From positions 8,197 to 72,196 of the forward strand of contig JAPOFX010000001.1 of assembly GCA_028283505.1 (NCBI GenBank): a DNA stretch of 64,000 nt, given 5' to 3'. Positions 27,886 to 37,518 of the stretch are shown here, piece by piece. Numbering within the stretch: position 1 is the stretch's first letter; the number at the start of each line of letters is the position of its first letter. Both the position numbers and the translations under genes were made by a program. The notes under the pieces are model-generated. The model made no database searches and had not been told where the DNA came from. It was given only the letters and a program-made list of their open reading frames with translations. The DNA comes from Candidatus Poseidoniales archaeon. GTDB taxonomy: Archaea > Thermoplasmatota > Poseidoniia > Poseidoniales > Thalassarchaeaceae.

Positions 27886-29942
27886 GAGGACTTGTACATT
27901 GGTCTCCTTCCTTCTATCAGCGCGCTCAATCCCTCTTCGGCATCTGAAGTACCGAAGATCTCCTCAAGCCTTTCCAGCTCTAGCTTGAGCCCATCCTCTA
28001 AACTAGAACCATTAGTTGCGTAGGATAGAAGCTCGCTTGCTATCCTAAGGGCGATAGGCGCGCCCCTGGATAGAGCCTTGACTTGTCTTGATACCATTGG
28101 ATCATCGGGATCGAAACCTGATGGGATTTCCCCCTCCAACAAAGCTCCAATATTTGTGTCAGAGTAAAATTTCTTTGAGAAATCAACCACCTTACTAACT
28201 TCATTTGCAGGCCGAAATGGATACTTATTGTCAGGCTTGGTCCCAATCAGAGAACTTACCACTGAATCAACTTCGGTAGGATCAACGTTGTGGGTCAGTA
28301 GCCCCAGGTCATATGCAGTAACAGAGTCAAGAAAGTTTCCGGCCAGTATTGCGTATCGAGAACATTCCAAGCCACAAATTCTTGCTGTTCTTTGAGTCCC
28401 CCCAAGTCCAGGGTATATTCCTATCGACGTTTCGGGAAATCTGAATTGACTCCTTCTTGTCCCTATTCTGTAATCGCACGATAGCGCGAGTTCGAGCCCT
28501 CCTCCCAACGCCAAACCAGTTGTTAGCGCAATCGTGGTTTTTTGACTGTTTTCGATGCTATCCAAAACTTCATGACCCTTCGATGTGAATTCGAAGATCT
28601 CCCCAAAGGAGTCTTCTCTTAGCTTGTCAACAAAGAATTTTACGTCCGCACCAGCAACAAATGCCTTACCTGCTCCCTCGAAGATAATGGTGGAGATATC
28701 AGACCTAGAATTAACTTCGTCTACGGCCAAACCAAGTTGTGTGACCAGGTCTACATTCAGTGCATTCATCGCCTCGGGCCTGTTTAGCTTTACCTTGGCT
28801 ACATGGCCCTCAATTTCCAAATCAACGTACGAGAATTTGAATTTTTCTTTCCTGTTTATGAACCATGCTGGTACTTCGATGTTCGCCATATCAGAGTAGT
28901 CAGATGCCATTCTTGACGCATTACTTACCCCAATCTCATTCGCTATCTCGAAAGGACCTTTTGCCCATCTGAGGCCAACCTTGGCCCCTCTATCCACATC
29001 TTCCATTGAACATACTCCCTCTTCCACAATCTGCGAGGAAACCGAGAAAACTTGTCCCAGTAGCCTCTCGGAAATTATCTTACTAGTTTCCTGGTCGATA
29101 TCCTCAGGTCCATTAATATCCCACATACTCCCTTCTTCTACCAGTTTTCTGAGATTAGCCGCTCCCCTGTATCTGGGGGTTTCTAGTTGTTCAGCCAGAT
29201 AGTCAGTCGAGTGAAGAGCTATAGGCGGACCAGTCAGATTCATCAGGGCGAAGGGACCCATTCCTATGTCAAACGATTTTCTTGAAACTGCATCTATCTG
29301 TGCCGCTGTACCAACTCCCTCTTCCAGCAATAAGCACGCCTCGTTAAGCCAGGGAACAAAGAACCGGTTGACAACGAATCCCGGTCTATCCTTGCAGACA
29401 ATAACCACCTTACCCATAGATTTGCAGTATTGTTCAACCAACTTAACGCTCTCCTCAGAAGTCATAGATGCCGGAATAATCTCCACAAGCCTGTTCTTTG
29501 CGGGATGATAAAAGAAGTGAAGACCTACAAATCTATCTGGCCTTCCCGTAACTTCAGCTAGCTTATCGACGGAAAGAGAGGAAGTGTTACTAGCAAAGAT
29601 AGTGCCGTCTCCACAGACTTTGTTTAGAGTTTGGAAAACCGATTTCTTTACGTCAAAATCCTCGAAAACCGCCTCAATCACCAAATCAGTGCTTGGATCT
29701 ACATTCTCAGTTCCAACAACCCCAGAGATTCTTGATTTTATTTCTTCGACCTGCTTGGGGTTGAAAATACGTCTCTCTTCCGCCTCATCAAGAAAGCTCG
29801 ATACGATTCTCTGTCCTCTGTCTACCCACTCAAGCTCCCTATCGACCATCTGTACTATGAATCGTTCTTGTGCGCTTTTCTGTGCTATTCCGGAGCCCAT
29901 GTTCCCTGCACCAATGACTGCCACTTTCTCAATCGGTCCCAT
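27882..29942 (-). CDS. 3-hydroxyacyl-CoA dehydrogenase / enoyl-CoA hydratase fusion
   Basis: GAGNMGSGIA, IEAVFE, ASNTSS, GLHFF and PGFVVNR; C-terminal crotonase with LNRPEAMNAL, AFVAGAD, GGGLELA and PETSIGIYPGLGGTQR. Confidence 0.92.
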   Translation of the reverse strand: MGPIEKVAVIGAGNMGSGIAQKSAQERFIVQMVDRELEWVDRGQRIVSSFLDEAEERRIFNPKQVEEIKSRISGVVGTENVDPSTDLVIEAVFEDFDVKKSVFQTLNKVCGDGTIFASNTSSLSVDKLAEVTGRPDRFVGLHFFYHPAKNRLVEIIPASMTSEESVKLVEQYCKSMGKVVIVCKDRPGFVVNRFFVPWLNEACLLLEEGVGTAAQIDAVSRKSFDIGMGPFALMNLTGPPIALHSTDYLAEQLETPRYRGAANLRKLVEEGSMWDINGPEDIDQETSKIISERLLGQVFSVSSQIVEEGVCSMEDVDRGAKVGLRWAKGPFEIANEIGVSNASRMASDYSDMANIEVPAWFINRKEKFKFSYVDLEIEGHVAKVKLNRPEAMNALNVDLVTQLGLAVDEVNSRSDISTIIFEGAGKAFVAGADVKFFVDKLREDSFGEIFEFTSKGHEVLDSIENSQKTTIALTTGLALGGGLELALSCDYRIGTRRSQFRFPETSIGIYPGLGGTQRTARICGLECSRYAILAGNFLDSVTAYDLGLLTHNVDPTEVDSVVSSLIGTKPDNKYPFRPANEVSKVVDFSKKFYSDTNIGALLEGEIPSGFDPDDPMVSRQVKALSRGAPIALRIASELLSYATNGSSLEDGLKLELERLEEIFGTSDAEEGLSALIEGRRPMYKSS

Positions 29943-30046
29943 GACCCCCGGACGCGGGTCCAATCAATGAATGCAACGGATAGGAGGGCTAAGAAAACCC
30001 TCACAGAAAGAAAGAATTTATTCATCACACACAACACAAGGACGCC

Positions 30047-32698
30047 ATGGCGTCACGACGCGTAGTCTCCGTGGCAATCATAATCATCCTGCTATCCTCT
30101 GTTTCCCAAGTAGCCATTGCGAACAGTAATGGCAGGTTCAATTCCTATAATGGGTGCAACTGTCATGGTGGTTCAGCGGCGTCGCCAACTCCCACCCATA
30201 ACTTTCCATCTACATACTCGCCTGGACAGACTTACTCACTGAGCATAGGGATGACTGGAGGAGTCTCTGGGTCAAAGGGAGGATTCAATCTGCATGTTTC
30301 GGATGGAACGCTTGCGACGGGTGTGGGAATAATGAACACTCAGATAAATTCTGCTGCCAATCAGGCAACACACCAGTTCCCAGATTACAGAAGCTGGGGT
30401 ATTGAATGGACTGCTCCCTCTTCGGGATCAGGAACTGTAACATTCTCTCTGGCTGTCATGGCAGCAAATGGAAATGGTAACAATGGTGGAGATGGTTGGG
30501 CAACAGTATCATTCCAGTCTAGTGAGGACTCAGGCTCCACAAATACCCCTCCCGAGGTATCTTCAGTAAGCTACATGCCGTCTGAGCCAACTAAGGAAAC
30601 AGGACTATCAGTTTCCTACAATTATTACGATGCAGATGGCGATTTTGAACAAGGGACCAGGATCCATTGGTTCAGGGATGGCCTAAGAGTGACTCAGATA
30701 GATGATTTAACCGATGTACCAAGTAGCTTAATCTCGAAGGGACAAAGCTGGAGTGTTGAGGTTACCCCAAACGATGGAAATGAATTTGGAGATACTGTTT
30801 CTCTAAATCCTGTGACAATAGGCAATACATTGCCAATAGCGAGAAGCCTGTCTATCAGCCCAGAATCACCTATGGATGATGATGATTTAACCCTATCATG
30901 GGACTATTATGATCTAGACGGAGATCCTGAGGACCCTCAACAGACACAAATATACTGGTTCCTAGACGGGTCGAGAGTTACCGAATTAGACGGGGAACTC
31001 ACAGTTTCCAGCTTCATGATTAGGTCAGGAGACGAGTGGGAGGCATCTGTGACTCCCAGCGACTCATCGGAATATGGGGACACTGCATTCTCCGGAAAAG
31101 TGGTAATCGGGTCCTCAAATACCGGACCTTCGGTTTCCGCATTCATATCGACTTCAGGAAATACGTTGACCACTGATTCCTTACAACTTATTTACACACC
31201 CTATGATCCAGATGGAGATGAAATCCAATCGACCGAAATTAGGTGGTACAGGGACTCAGTGATGGTCGCAACTTTCAATGATGAGACAATAGTTCACCCC
31301 TCGTTCACTTCCAAAGGTGAGTCTTGGGAATCTCATGTGAGGGTATTCGATGGGTTGGTGTGGTCAGATTGGTCTGTAACTTTGCCCGTCTCTATTGTGA
31401 ACACACCCCCCGTGGTCACGAATATATCACTGATTCCTGAGGGAAAGCTAACAACTGATTCTGATCTAAACGTGTTATGGGAGCAATATGATGAGGATGG
31501 AGACTTGGAATTTGGAAGCCAGATTCGTTGGTGGGTTGATGGTGAGTGGGTTACTGAGTATGATGGAATGACCTCAATACCAGCGTCTGAAGTGGACAGG
31601 GACGAGCATTGGTCAGTGCAGGTAATACCTGGTGACGGTGAAGGACTTGGGACTTCAATGAAAACCAACTCGAGAGTAATCGAGAACGCAAACCCTGAAA
31701 TTCTCGAAATTCTCCTTCATGGATCTGCTTCCGTAGAAATGCCAACTCCGCCCGATTCGCTGAGTGATCTTATAGCGGTCACTGTCACCCAGGACCCGGA
31801 TGATGAGCCGGTAGAACTCGACTATACTTGGTCGAGGGATGGGTTCGTGATTCCTGATCTAGAAGGGTCTGATAGGGTGGATCAGATTAGGCTCGAGCCT
31901 GGTCAAGAGTGGGAGGTTATTGTTACAGCTACCGATCCTTGGGGACTTTCAGCAAATTTGTCCGCACATACAATCATCTCCAACATCGCGCCTGTTGCGT
32001 CGTGGACAGTCACACCATCTCCTCCATTACCTGGCTCTCTAGCAACATTTGATGCAATATCCTCAACCGACCCTGATGGAGTAATCTCCGTATATACTTG
32101 GGTTATAGATGGAGTAGAGGTATCCGGAAGCAGAGTAGATGTGATCCTGGGCCCCGGCCCTCACTCAATCGAGCTAACTGTACTGGATAACTTACAGTCA
32201 GCTAGTACTACTGCTTCCACGATAGTTTACGGAGATGTTCAGACTACTACCTCTTTGGTAGCTAACCTAAATGGGGAACAGGTTTCGTTAAGTTGGCAAG
32301 GAACATCAGGTGATTACAGGATATACAGATCGACGAGCCCCATTTCATCTGTGGTGGGGTTAACAATGTTTGATGAACAGCCTAATTGGGGAGAGGAAAT
32401 CCCACAACCTTTGCAGCCAGTAGGAACTACAGAATACCTAGAGTGGAGTGAACCAGCCCCAGTAGCCACCGATCTATACTACGCGGTAACTTCAGTAGTC
32501 GATGGCAGAGAGGTTGTTTGGATAGTGGATGGAGAGAACCACGTGAATATTGACGCATCGTCTATTGCTTCTTCCGGGCCCGAACCTGTTGATGAGACAA
32601 GCCAACTGACAACCACACTAATTTCCGGTGCTATGGCGTCCCTGGGAATCATTTCTCTGGCCATCGCTATCTACGACAATAGGAGGAAATTGAAGTGA
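30047..32698 (+). CDS. Membrane-anchored surface protein: Reeler/choice-of-anchor-V-like domain with CNCH motif, Ig-like repeats and PKD-like domain
   Basis: Signal peptide; GCNCHG; ATH..WGIEWTAP..GTVTFSLAVMAANGNG..GD; five D.DGD repeats; PKD-like FDAISSTDPDG..YTW; C-terminal TM followed by RRKLK. Confidence 0.75.
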   Translation: MASRRVVSVAIIIILLSSVSQVAIANSNGRFNSYNGCNCHGGSAASPTPTHNFPSTYSPGQTYSLSIGMTGGVSGSKGGFNLHVSDGTLATGVGIMNTQINSAANQATHQFPDYRSWGIEWTAPSSGSGTVTFSLAVMAANGNGNNGGDGWATVSFQSSEDSGSTNTPPEVSSVSYMPSEPTKETGLSVSYNYYDADGDFEQGTRIHWFRDGLRVTQIDDLTDVPSSLISKGQSWSVEVTPNDGNEFGDTVSLNPVTIGNTLPIARSLSISPESPMDDDDLTLSWDYYDLDGDPEDPQQTQIYWFLDGSRVTELDGELTVSSFMIRSGDEWEASVTPSDSSEYGDTAFSGKVVIGSSNTGPSVSAFISTSGNTLTTDSLQLIYTPYDPDGDEIQSTEIRWYRDSVMVATFNDETIVHPSFTSKGESWESHVRVFDGLVWSDWSVTLPVSIVNTPPVVTNISLIPEGKLTTDSDLNVLWEQYDEDGDLEFGSQIRWWVDGEWVTEYDGMTSIPASEVDRDEHWSVQVIPGDGEGLGTSMKTNSRVIENANPEILEILLHGSASVEMPTPPDSLSDLIAVTVTQDPDDEPVELDYTWSRDGFVIPDLEGSDRVDQIRLEPGQEWEVIVTATDPWGLSANLSAHTIISNIAPVASWTVTPSPPLPGSLATFDAISSTDPDGVISVYTWVIDGVEVSGSRVDVILGPGPHSIELTVLDNLQSASTTASTIVYGDVQTTTSLVANLNGEQVSLSWQGTSGDYRIYRSTSPISSVVGLTMFDEQPNWGEEIPQPLQPVGTTEYLEWSEPAPVATDLYYAVTSVVDGREVVWIVDGENHVNIDASSIASSGPEPVDETSQLTTTLISGAMASLGIISLAIAIYDNRRKLK
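30542..31981 (+). repeat. Five tandem Ig/cadherin-like repeats of about 96 aa within the CDS
   Basis: Units start NTPP, NTLP, NTGP, NTPP and NANP; each has D.D[GD]D/E, W..D[GS] and W...V motifs. Confidence 0.75.
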
Positions 32699-33774
32699 AT
32701 AGATTTGTCATCGTCACTCTTCTATCTGTCTCTCTCGTACTTGCACCTGGATCCTCCTTGGCGAATCCAGGAGGGAATGGAGATGCTGATAGAGACTACT
32801 CCTGTGGAGGGTCGTGCCATGGGGATCCGTCCCTAAGCATGCCCTCGGATGCTACCATAGAGATCACGCTTGGAAACGAGGCATTCTCAGGACAAGCAGT
32901 CTCCGTAGAAGTGACCGTTTCTGATGTCAGCTCTCCCTCGAATATTGTTGGCATATTCCTCCTAAGCTCGCTAAACGGAAACTCAGATACCCCTGAGGAT
33001 CATGGATGGCATATTATTCAAGATCCAAATGGTGGCTCATCGAACTACATCGAAACCAAAATGCCTCCCTCTGGGTCTATTGCCGCAACTTGGGTATTGC
33101 TTTCGCCAGAAACCCTAGGAAGCAATAATCTGTACGCAGAGATCCACCACGGATCTTACGGGGGAGAAAAGGCATACACGGGAGTAAGTGAAGCCTTCGA
33201 GGTATTTGTCAACGATGTCCCCGAAGGACTACCGGGAATGTCTAATGAGTGGGTTGCGCCATCATTTAGGGTGTCAGGTGACGACTCCCCCATACATATC
33301 AGCACCAGAAACTCGACTGACATCTCTGTCGAATGGATGATAGAGGGTGAATGGGAACCAATCCCAGCCCCAGTCCAGTGTACCTCTGATTCAGAAGGTG
33401 GGGTATGCAATGATTGGGAGGTGAGAATTCCAGCCACTATGGGGGAGATAGAAATTATCTACAGGATAACAACATATAACGGGACCTTCTCAATAAAACA
33501 ACCCTGGCTTAAGATGGGCACTGCACCACCACCGTTTGAGGGGGATATTTGGTCAGCAAGAGCCCACTCATTCGCGTTCGCACTCTTAGTTATCTCAATG
33601 TTAGTATCTTTGCAAGGGAGACTTTCCCCGACTGTCAAGAGAGAGGAAATCGACGAAAAAGGACTTGTAGATAACTCATCCCTCATTAGGTCTGAAGATA
33701 ATCCAGGCTGGCTTTGGAATCCAGAAACAGGGGAATGGGTGGAAGACCAGGAATACAAAGAGGGGGCAGAGTAA
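32695..33774 (+). CDS. Membrane-anchored secreted protein with CGGSCH motif (Reeler-like N-terminus)
   Basis: Signal peptide; SCGGSCHG; ATWVLLSP..LYAEIHHG; C-terminal TM and cytoplasmic NPGWLWNPETGEW; GTGA overlap with the upstream gene. Confidence 0.7.
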   Translation: MNRFVIVTLLSVSLVLAPGSSLANPGGNGDADRDYSCGGSCHGDPSLSMPSDATIEITLGNEAFSGQAVSVEVTVSDVSSPSNIVGIFLLSSLNGNSDTPEDHGWHIIQDPNGGSSNYIETKMPPSGSIAATWVLLSPETLGSNNLYAEIHHGSYGGEKAYTGVSEAFEVFVNDVPEGLPGMSNEWVAPSFRVSGDDSPIHISTRNSTDISVEWMIEGEWEPIPAPVQCTSDSEGGVCNDWEVRIPATMGEIEIIYRITTYNGTFSIKQPWLKMGTAPPPFEGDIWSARAHSFAFALLVISMLVSLQGRLSPTVKREEIDEKGLVDNSSLIRSEDNPGWLWNPETGEWVEDQEYKEGAE

Positions 33775-34364
33775 TGGTCAGCTCAGCAACACTGCATACT
33801 TCCATGGCTGAGGTTGTTGTGGGATCCATGGTACTCGCTACAATCTGTGCTGTCGGATGCTTGGCATCTCGGGCGCTCGCTCCCTCCAAGATTAACAACG
33901 AGTCTCTTTTTATTACCATGGACAGAGCATCTCTGGCTGGTTCATTTCTTGCCTTGGTCTTCCTCCCAATTGCTATCATGACGGGAAATCTTGCTGCAGA
34001 AAGCCACTCAAGCAGTGCTCTGTTGTACAACAAATTTGTTTACAGTGGATTGGCACTAGGTTTCTGGGCCGCCTTTGTAATCGGAAGAATAAGATTGGGA
34101 GAGGCATTATGGGAGGCGAGACAATTAGCGATACTCCAATCCGCGACAGCTTGCATGGCATTTCTGATGACAACTATTTCCGCCTCGATAGGCGGAAAGC
34201 TTTCCAGAGGTGAATCTCTTCTCGATCTTCTTCCATTTTCGCTTCCTTTAGACTCCGCATCAATACTTCCCCTGTGGGCGTCGTCGACCCTCCTTTTGTT
34301 GGGGATAATATCTACAACTGTAGTTTTCAGACTTACACTTCTGAGAGTACACATTACCGACTAA
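33774..34364 (+). CDS. Integral membrane protein (4-5 TM, DUF2231-like topology)
   Basis: TAATG overlap with the upstream stop (track start 33714); LHTSMAEVVVG, AIMTG and ASIGGKL resemble DUF2231. Confidence 0.6.
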   Translation: MVSSATLHTSMAEVVVGSMVLATICAVGCLASRALAPSKINNESLFITMDRASLAGSFLALVFLPIAIMTGNLAAESHSSSALLYNKFVYSGLALGFWAAFVIGRIRLGEALWEARQLAILQSATACMAFLMTTISASIGGKLSRGESLLDLLPFSLPLDSASILPLWASSTLLLLGIISTTVVFRLTLLRVHITD

Positions 34365-35566
34365 TTTCTAGAAATCTCGATAAAAATATTCTCCAGTCTC
34401 TCCGAAAAGCTATCGGGGTTCAAACCTTTAGTCAATATATTCTTCCTACCATTTTCCGCCCACTTCAGGCGGGTGTCTTCTTCCCCGGCTTCCGTCAGAG
34501 CATCGTGCCATGCTGAGTAGTCACCCCTGGGAAGCAGTCTTCCCGACTTTCTATCTGAGATTGTCTCCCTGAATCCTCCCTCATCTACAAATAGTGCGGG
34601 TGTCCCAATTGTTTGTGCCTCAATCGGACTTAAACCGAACGGCTCAGAATGAGCCATGCTAACTACGGCCCTCGCTCCCCTAACAACACTGCACAGATCA
34701 GCGGAGCTCAGTCTGGGCGCTATCCATATTCCCACCTCGCATTCCTCTGCATGACTAATCAGTGAATCAAGGTCATCTGAATCGCCCCCACCTATGAGTG
34801 CCAAGGAATGACCACTACCTTGTAGCATGGAAACCGTCTCCCATGTACCCTTAACCCAACTCGCCTTTCCTATCGTCACTACATATGGTTCACTGGGCCC
34901 CTCCACCTTGTTGGGCTCATCATTCAAAGGATTTTGAGTAAACTCATCTATTCCCAAGCTAGGCAGGAGAACTCCAGAGGGTACCCCATATACATCGCCG
35001 ATTCTCGATGAAGTAAATTCTGAGTTTCCGCTAATGAAGGACCTATCTCTAGCATAGAGCTCTCTGATAGTCGTAAGATCCCTCTTCCTTGCCAGTGTCA
35101 AGGCGGCCTTCGTCAAACCTAGATTTCTCTTAGGACTGCCATCAATCCTCCTATGAAGTACATCCTCATGAAGTCCCCTGTGCGGCTCTAGGAGGTGTAA
35201 GTGAATCGCAACATCATCGGGTAGGATTTCCAAAATGGCCAAGCTACCATCTCCGCTTGTTAGGTGAATGCAGTCCAATCCACTCATCCCATCCATCAGC
35301 TCAGTGATTGACTTCCAGCATTCCGTTGCCCTGGAAAAGTCGGAATCGAGAACTCTAGAAACCACACTGCTGGATTTAGACCACTCCAGACTTGGTAACA
35401 TCAACTGAACGCCAATTTCCCTGCAGACACTCTCCAGCTCCGCAGAACTTTCCAATGTCGCTACAGACACAGAAAATGTCTTAGACAACGATGGAAGATT
35501 TCTAATTATGTCCCGCTCAGCTCCTCCCATGGGTGCGAAGCTTCCCTTGGCGACTAGCAACCTCAT
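34361..35566 (-). CDS. Glycosyltransferase family 4
   Basis: GGAER at the N-terminus, EPFGLSPIEA and GGFRETI. Likely start ATG 35566 (track 35617). Confidence 0.85.
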   Translation of the reverse strand: MRLLVAKGSFAPMGGAERDIIRNLPSLSKTFSVSVATLESSAELESVCREIGVQLMLPSLEWSKSSSVVSRVLDSDFSRATECWKSITELMDGMSGLDCIHLTSGDGSLAILEILPDDVAIHLHLLEPHRGLHEDVLHRRIDGSPKRNLGLTKAALTLARKRDLTTIRELYARDRSFISGNSEFTSSRIGDVYGVPSGVLLPSLGIDEFTQNPLNDEPNKVEGPSEPYVVTIGKASWVKGTWETVSMLQGSGHSLALIGGGDSDDLDSLISHAEECEVGIWIAPRLSSADLCSVVRGARAVVSMAHSEPFGLSPIEAQTIGTPALFVDEGGFRETISDRKSGRLLPRGDYSAWHDALTEAGEEDTRLKWAENGRKNILTKGLNPDSFSERLENIFIEISRN

Positions 35567-35652
35567 ACGGGAATCCCCAGCCCTCCCACCGTTACTCTCC
35601 ATGCGGTTCCATCGCACGTCCTCGTTTAAGTCCGATACGGTTTGGTGAGACC

Positions 35653-36741
35653 ATGGTTAGGAGAGTTCTGCTGGTTAGGGGCCCCCGCCTTTCCAAAGAT
35701 TCAGGACTAGGGAGGGCACATCACTCAATCGAGACCTTGCTGAAAAGAGCACTCGTACCAAATTGGACAAAAATCAAAACTATCGAACACAAACAAATTG
35801 ATACTCTATTTTCAAAAGCTATGAAAAGATGGTTCTCCCATCCAAGAATAGTAAGTCAAGTATCAGAGTCAACAGAGGCTGATTTGATCCACATCACAGA
35901 TCAAGAACAAGCGCATTTAGTTCCAAAAAAAAGTAAGGTTCCGGTAATTGTCACAGTACATGACTTGTTTCATATCAGACCGAGAATTATAGATGGTGGT
36001 GACGTACTAGTTCCAGTAGGAGACCAAAAACCGGGATTCTTCAGGAGGATAGATCTCAAAAATCTGGAGAAAGGACTTCAAAGAGCAGATTTGCTGATTT
36101 GCATTTCCGAGGCCACATTGGGGGATGTGAAGAAAACGTTCCCAGGAAAGCCTGTTGCCCTAGTAAGACACCAAATCGATACTGAATACTGGAGTCCGAC
36201 GCTAAATCCCATGTCTAGGGATATCCTCGGTGATCTGGACGATGAATCAAAGATGCTTGTGATAACACTAGGGAGCAATGAGAAAAGAAAGAGACTGGAT
36301 TTTGTTAGGAGGGTGATTTCCTCCTTGCCCGAAGAGGTCTCCAACGACATAAATCTGATTCATATGGGGAGTGATGTCAAAGTATCAGATGACCAACTCC
36401 TCGCGGCATTGCAAAATGCAGAGGTACTCCTATTCCCCAGCGCAAGCGAAGGATTTGGCTACCCACCTGCCGAGGCGATGGCTGCTGGATGTCTGGTTCT
36501 CGCCTCCGACCTGCCCGCACATAATGAGATAATTCCAGATAGCAACCTTCTGCCTCCGACCTCAATCCAAGACTGGGTGAGTGAGCTTACGAAAATCCAT
36601 GCTGATTGGAGGGCGGCAGGAGGAGTTCCAAGGCACCCATCAGACGAGCTGATGGAACACGTGAAGAATATTCTAAGTCCTGAATCCCAGGGAAAATCAC
36701 TAGCAGAAGCTTATGAGAAAGTTTTCCTCGCTCGAAAATAA
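35653..36741 (+). CDS. Glycosyltransferase family 4
   Basis: IVTVHDL, ISEAT and FPSASEGFGYPPAEAMAAG..SDLP. Likely start ATG 35653 (track 35533). Confidence 0.87.
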   Translation: MVRRVLLVRGPRLSKDSGLGRAHHSIETLLKRALVPNWTKIKTIEHKQIDTLFSKAMKRWFSHPRIVSQVSESTEADLIHITDQEQAHLVPKKSKVPVIVTVHDLFHIRPRIIDGGDVLVPVGDQKPGFFRRIDLKNLEKGLQRADLLICISEATLGDVKKTFPGKPVALVRHQIDTEYWSPTLNPMSRDILGDLDDESKMLVITLGSNEKRKRLDFVRRVISSLPEEVSNDINLIHMGSDVKVSDDQLLAALQNAEVLLFPSASEGFGYPPAEAMAAGCLVLASDLPAHNEIIPDSNLLPPTSIQDWVSELTKIHADWRAAGGVPRHPSDELMEHVKNILSPESQGKSLAEAYEKVFLARK

Positions 36742-36789
36742 AATTGAAGATCGCATTACGACTGATTATAAGCTCTGGTTAAGACGTAG

Positions 36790-37518
36790 TTGCACGCTCA
36801 GGAGGGGGCCCAGATACTAGAAGTAAACAATCTGAAGAAGGCCTTCGGCTCTGGAAGGAGTAGACTTGAAGTCCTTAAGGGAATAGACTTGAACATTGAG
36901 TCCGGTGAACTTGTAGCTCTGATGGGACCTTCCGGATGTGGTAAGTCAACTCTTCTGAACATAATAGGGGGCCTTCTCGAAGCCGACTCCGGGCATATCT
37001 CATTGAACGAATTTCATTACGGAACGAATCCCCCAAGCAGGGTTGTCGATGTCAGAAGGAGTGGAGTAGGATGGATATTCCAAGATTTTCATCTGGTTGA
37101 AAGGCTCTCCGCGCTCGACAATGTCATATTTGCTTTGGAGCTGTCAGGAGTTCCGACATCCCTCGCAGAGTCGCAGGCCGAGGAGGCTCTGCGCAAAGTC
37201 GGTCTGTCAGACAGGATGAACTTCATCCCCGACCAGCTTTCAGGAGGGCAAAGGCAGAGGGTCGCAATCGCCAGGGCGATCTCCGGCTCAAGGCCTCTCA
37301 TACTTGCCGATGAGCCGACTGGTAATCTTGATGTCAAGAATGCAGAAGGAATTCTTGATCTGTTCAAGGAACTCTGCAAGGACTACGGAATATCCGTCCT
37401 TATGGTCACACATGACCCGAACCTAGCATCTAAGGCAGACAGAATGCTACTGCTGAAGGACGGTGTCACTGCCGCTTCAGATATCAGATCTGCATGGGGA
37501 ACGGCGGGTGACAAATGA
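36790..37518 (+). CDS. ABC transporter ATP-binding protein (LolD/MacB type)
   Basis: [32 protein letters not shown] and VTHD. Confidence 0.92.
   Translation: MHAQEGAQILEVNNLKKAFGSGRSRLEVLKGIDLNIESGELVALMGPSGCGKSTLLNIIGGLLEADSGHISLNEFHYGTNPPSRVVDVRRSGVGWIFQDFHLVERLSALDNVIFALELSGVPTSLAESQAEEALRKVGLSDRMNFIPDQLSGGQRQRVAIARAISGSRPLILADEPTGNLDVKNAEGILDLFKELCKDYGISVLMVTHDPNLASKADRMLLLKDGVTAASDIRSAWGTAGDK

Noticed and set aside
30542-31981. CRISPR array or DNA-level tandem repeat
   Set aside because: The repeats are visible only at protein level and are diverged in DNA; no repeat-spacer pattern or cas genes were seen anywhere in the window.
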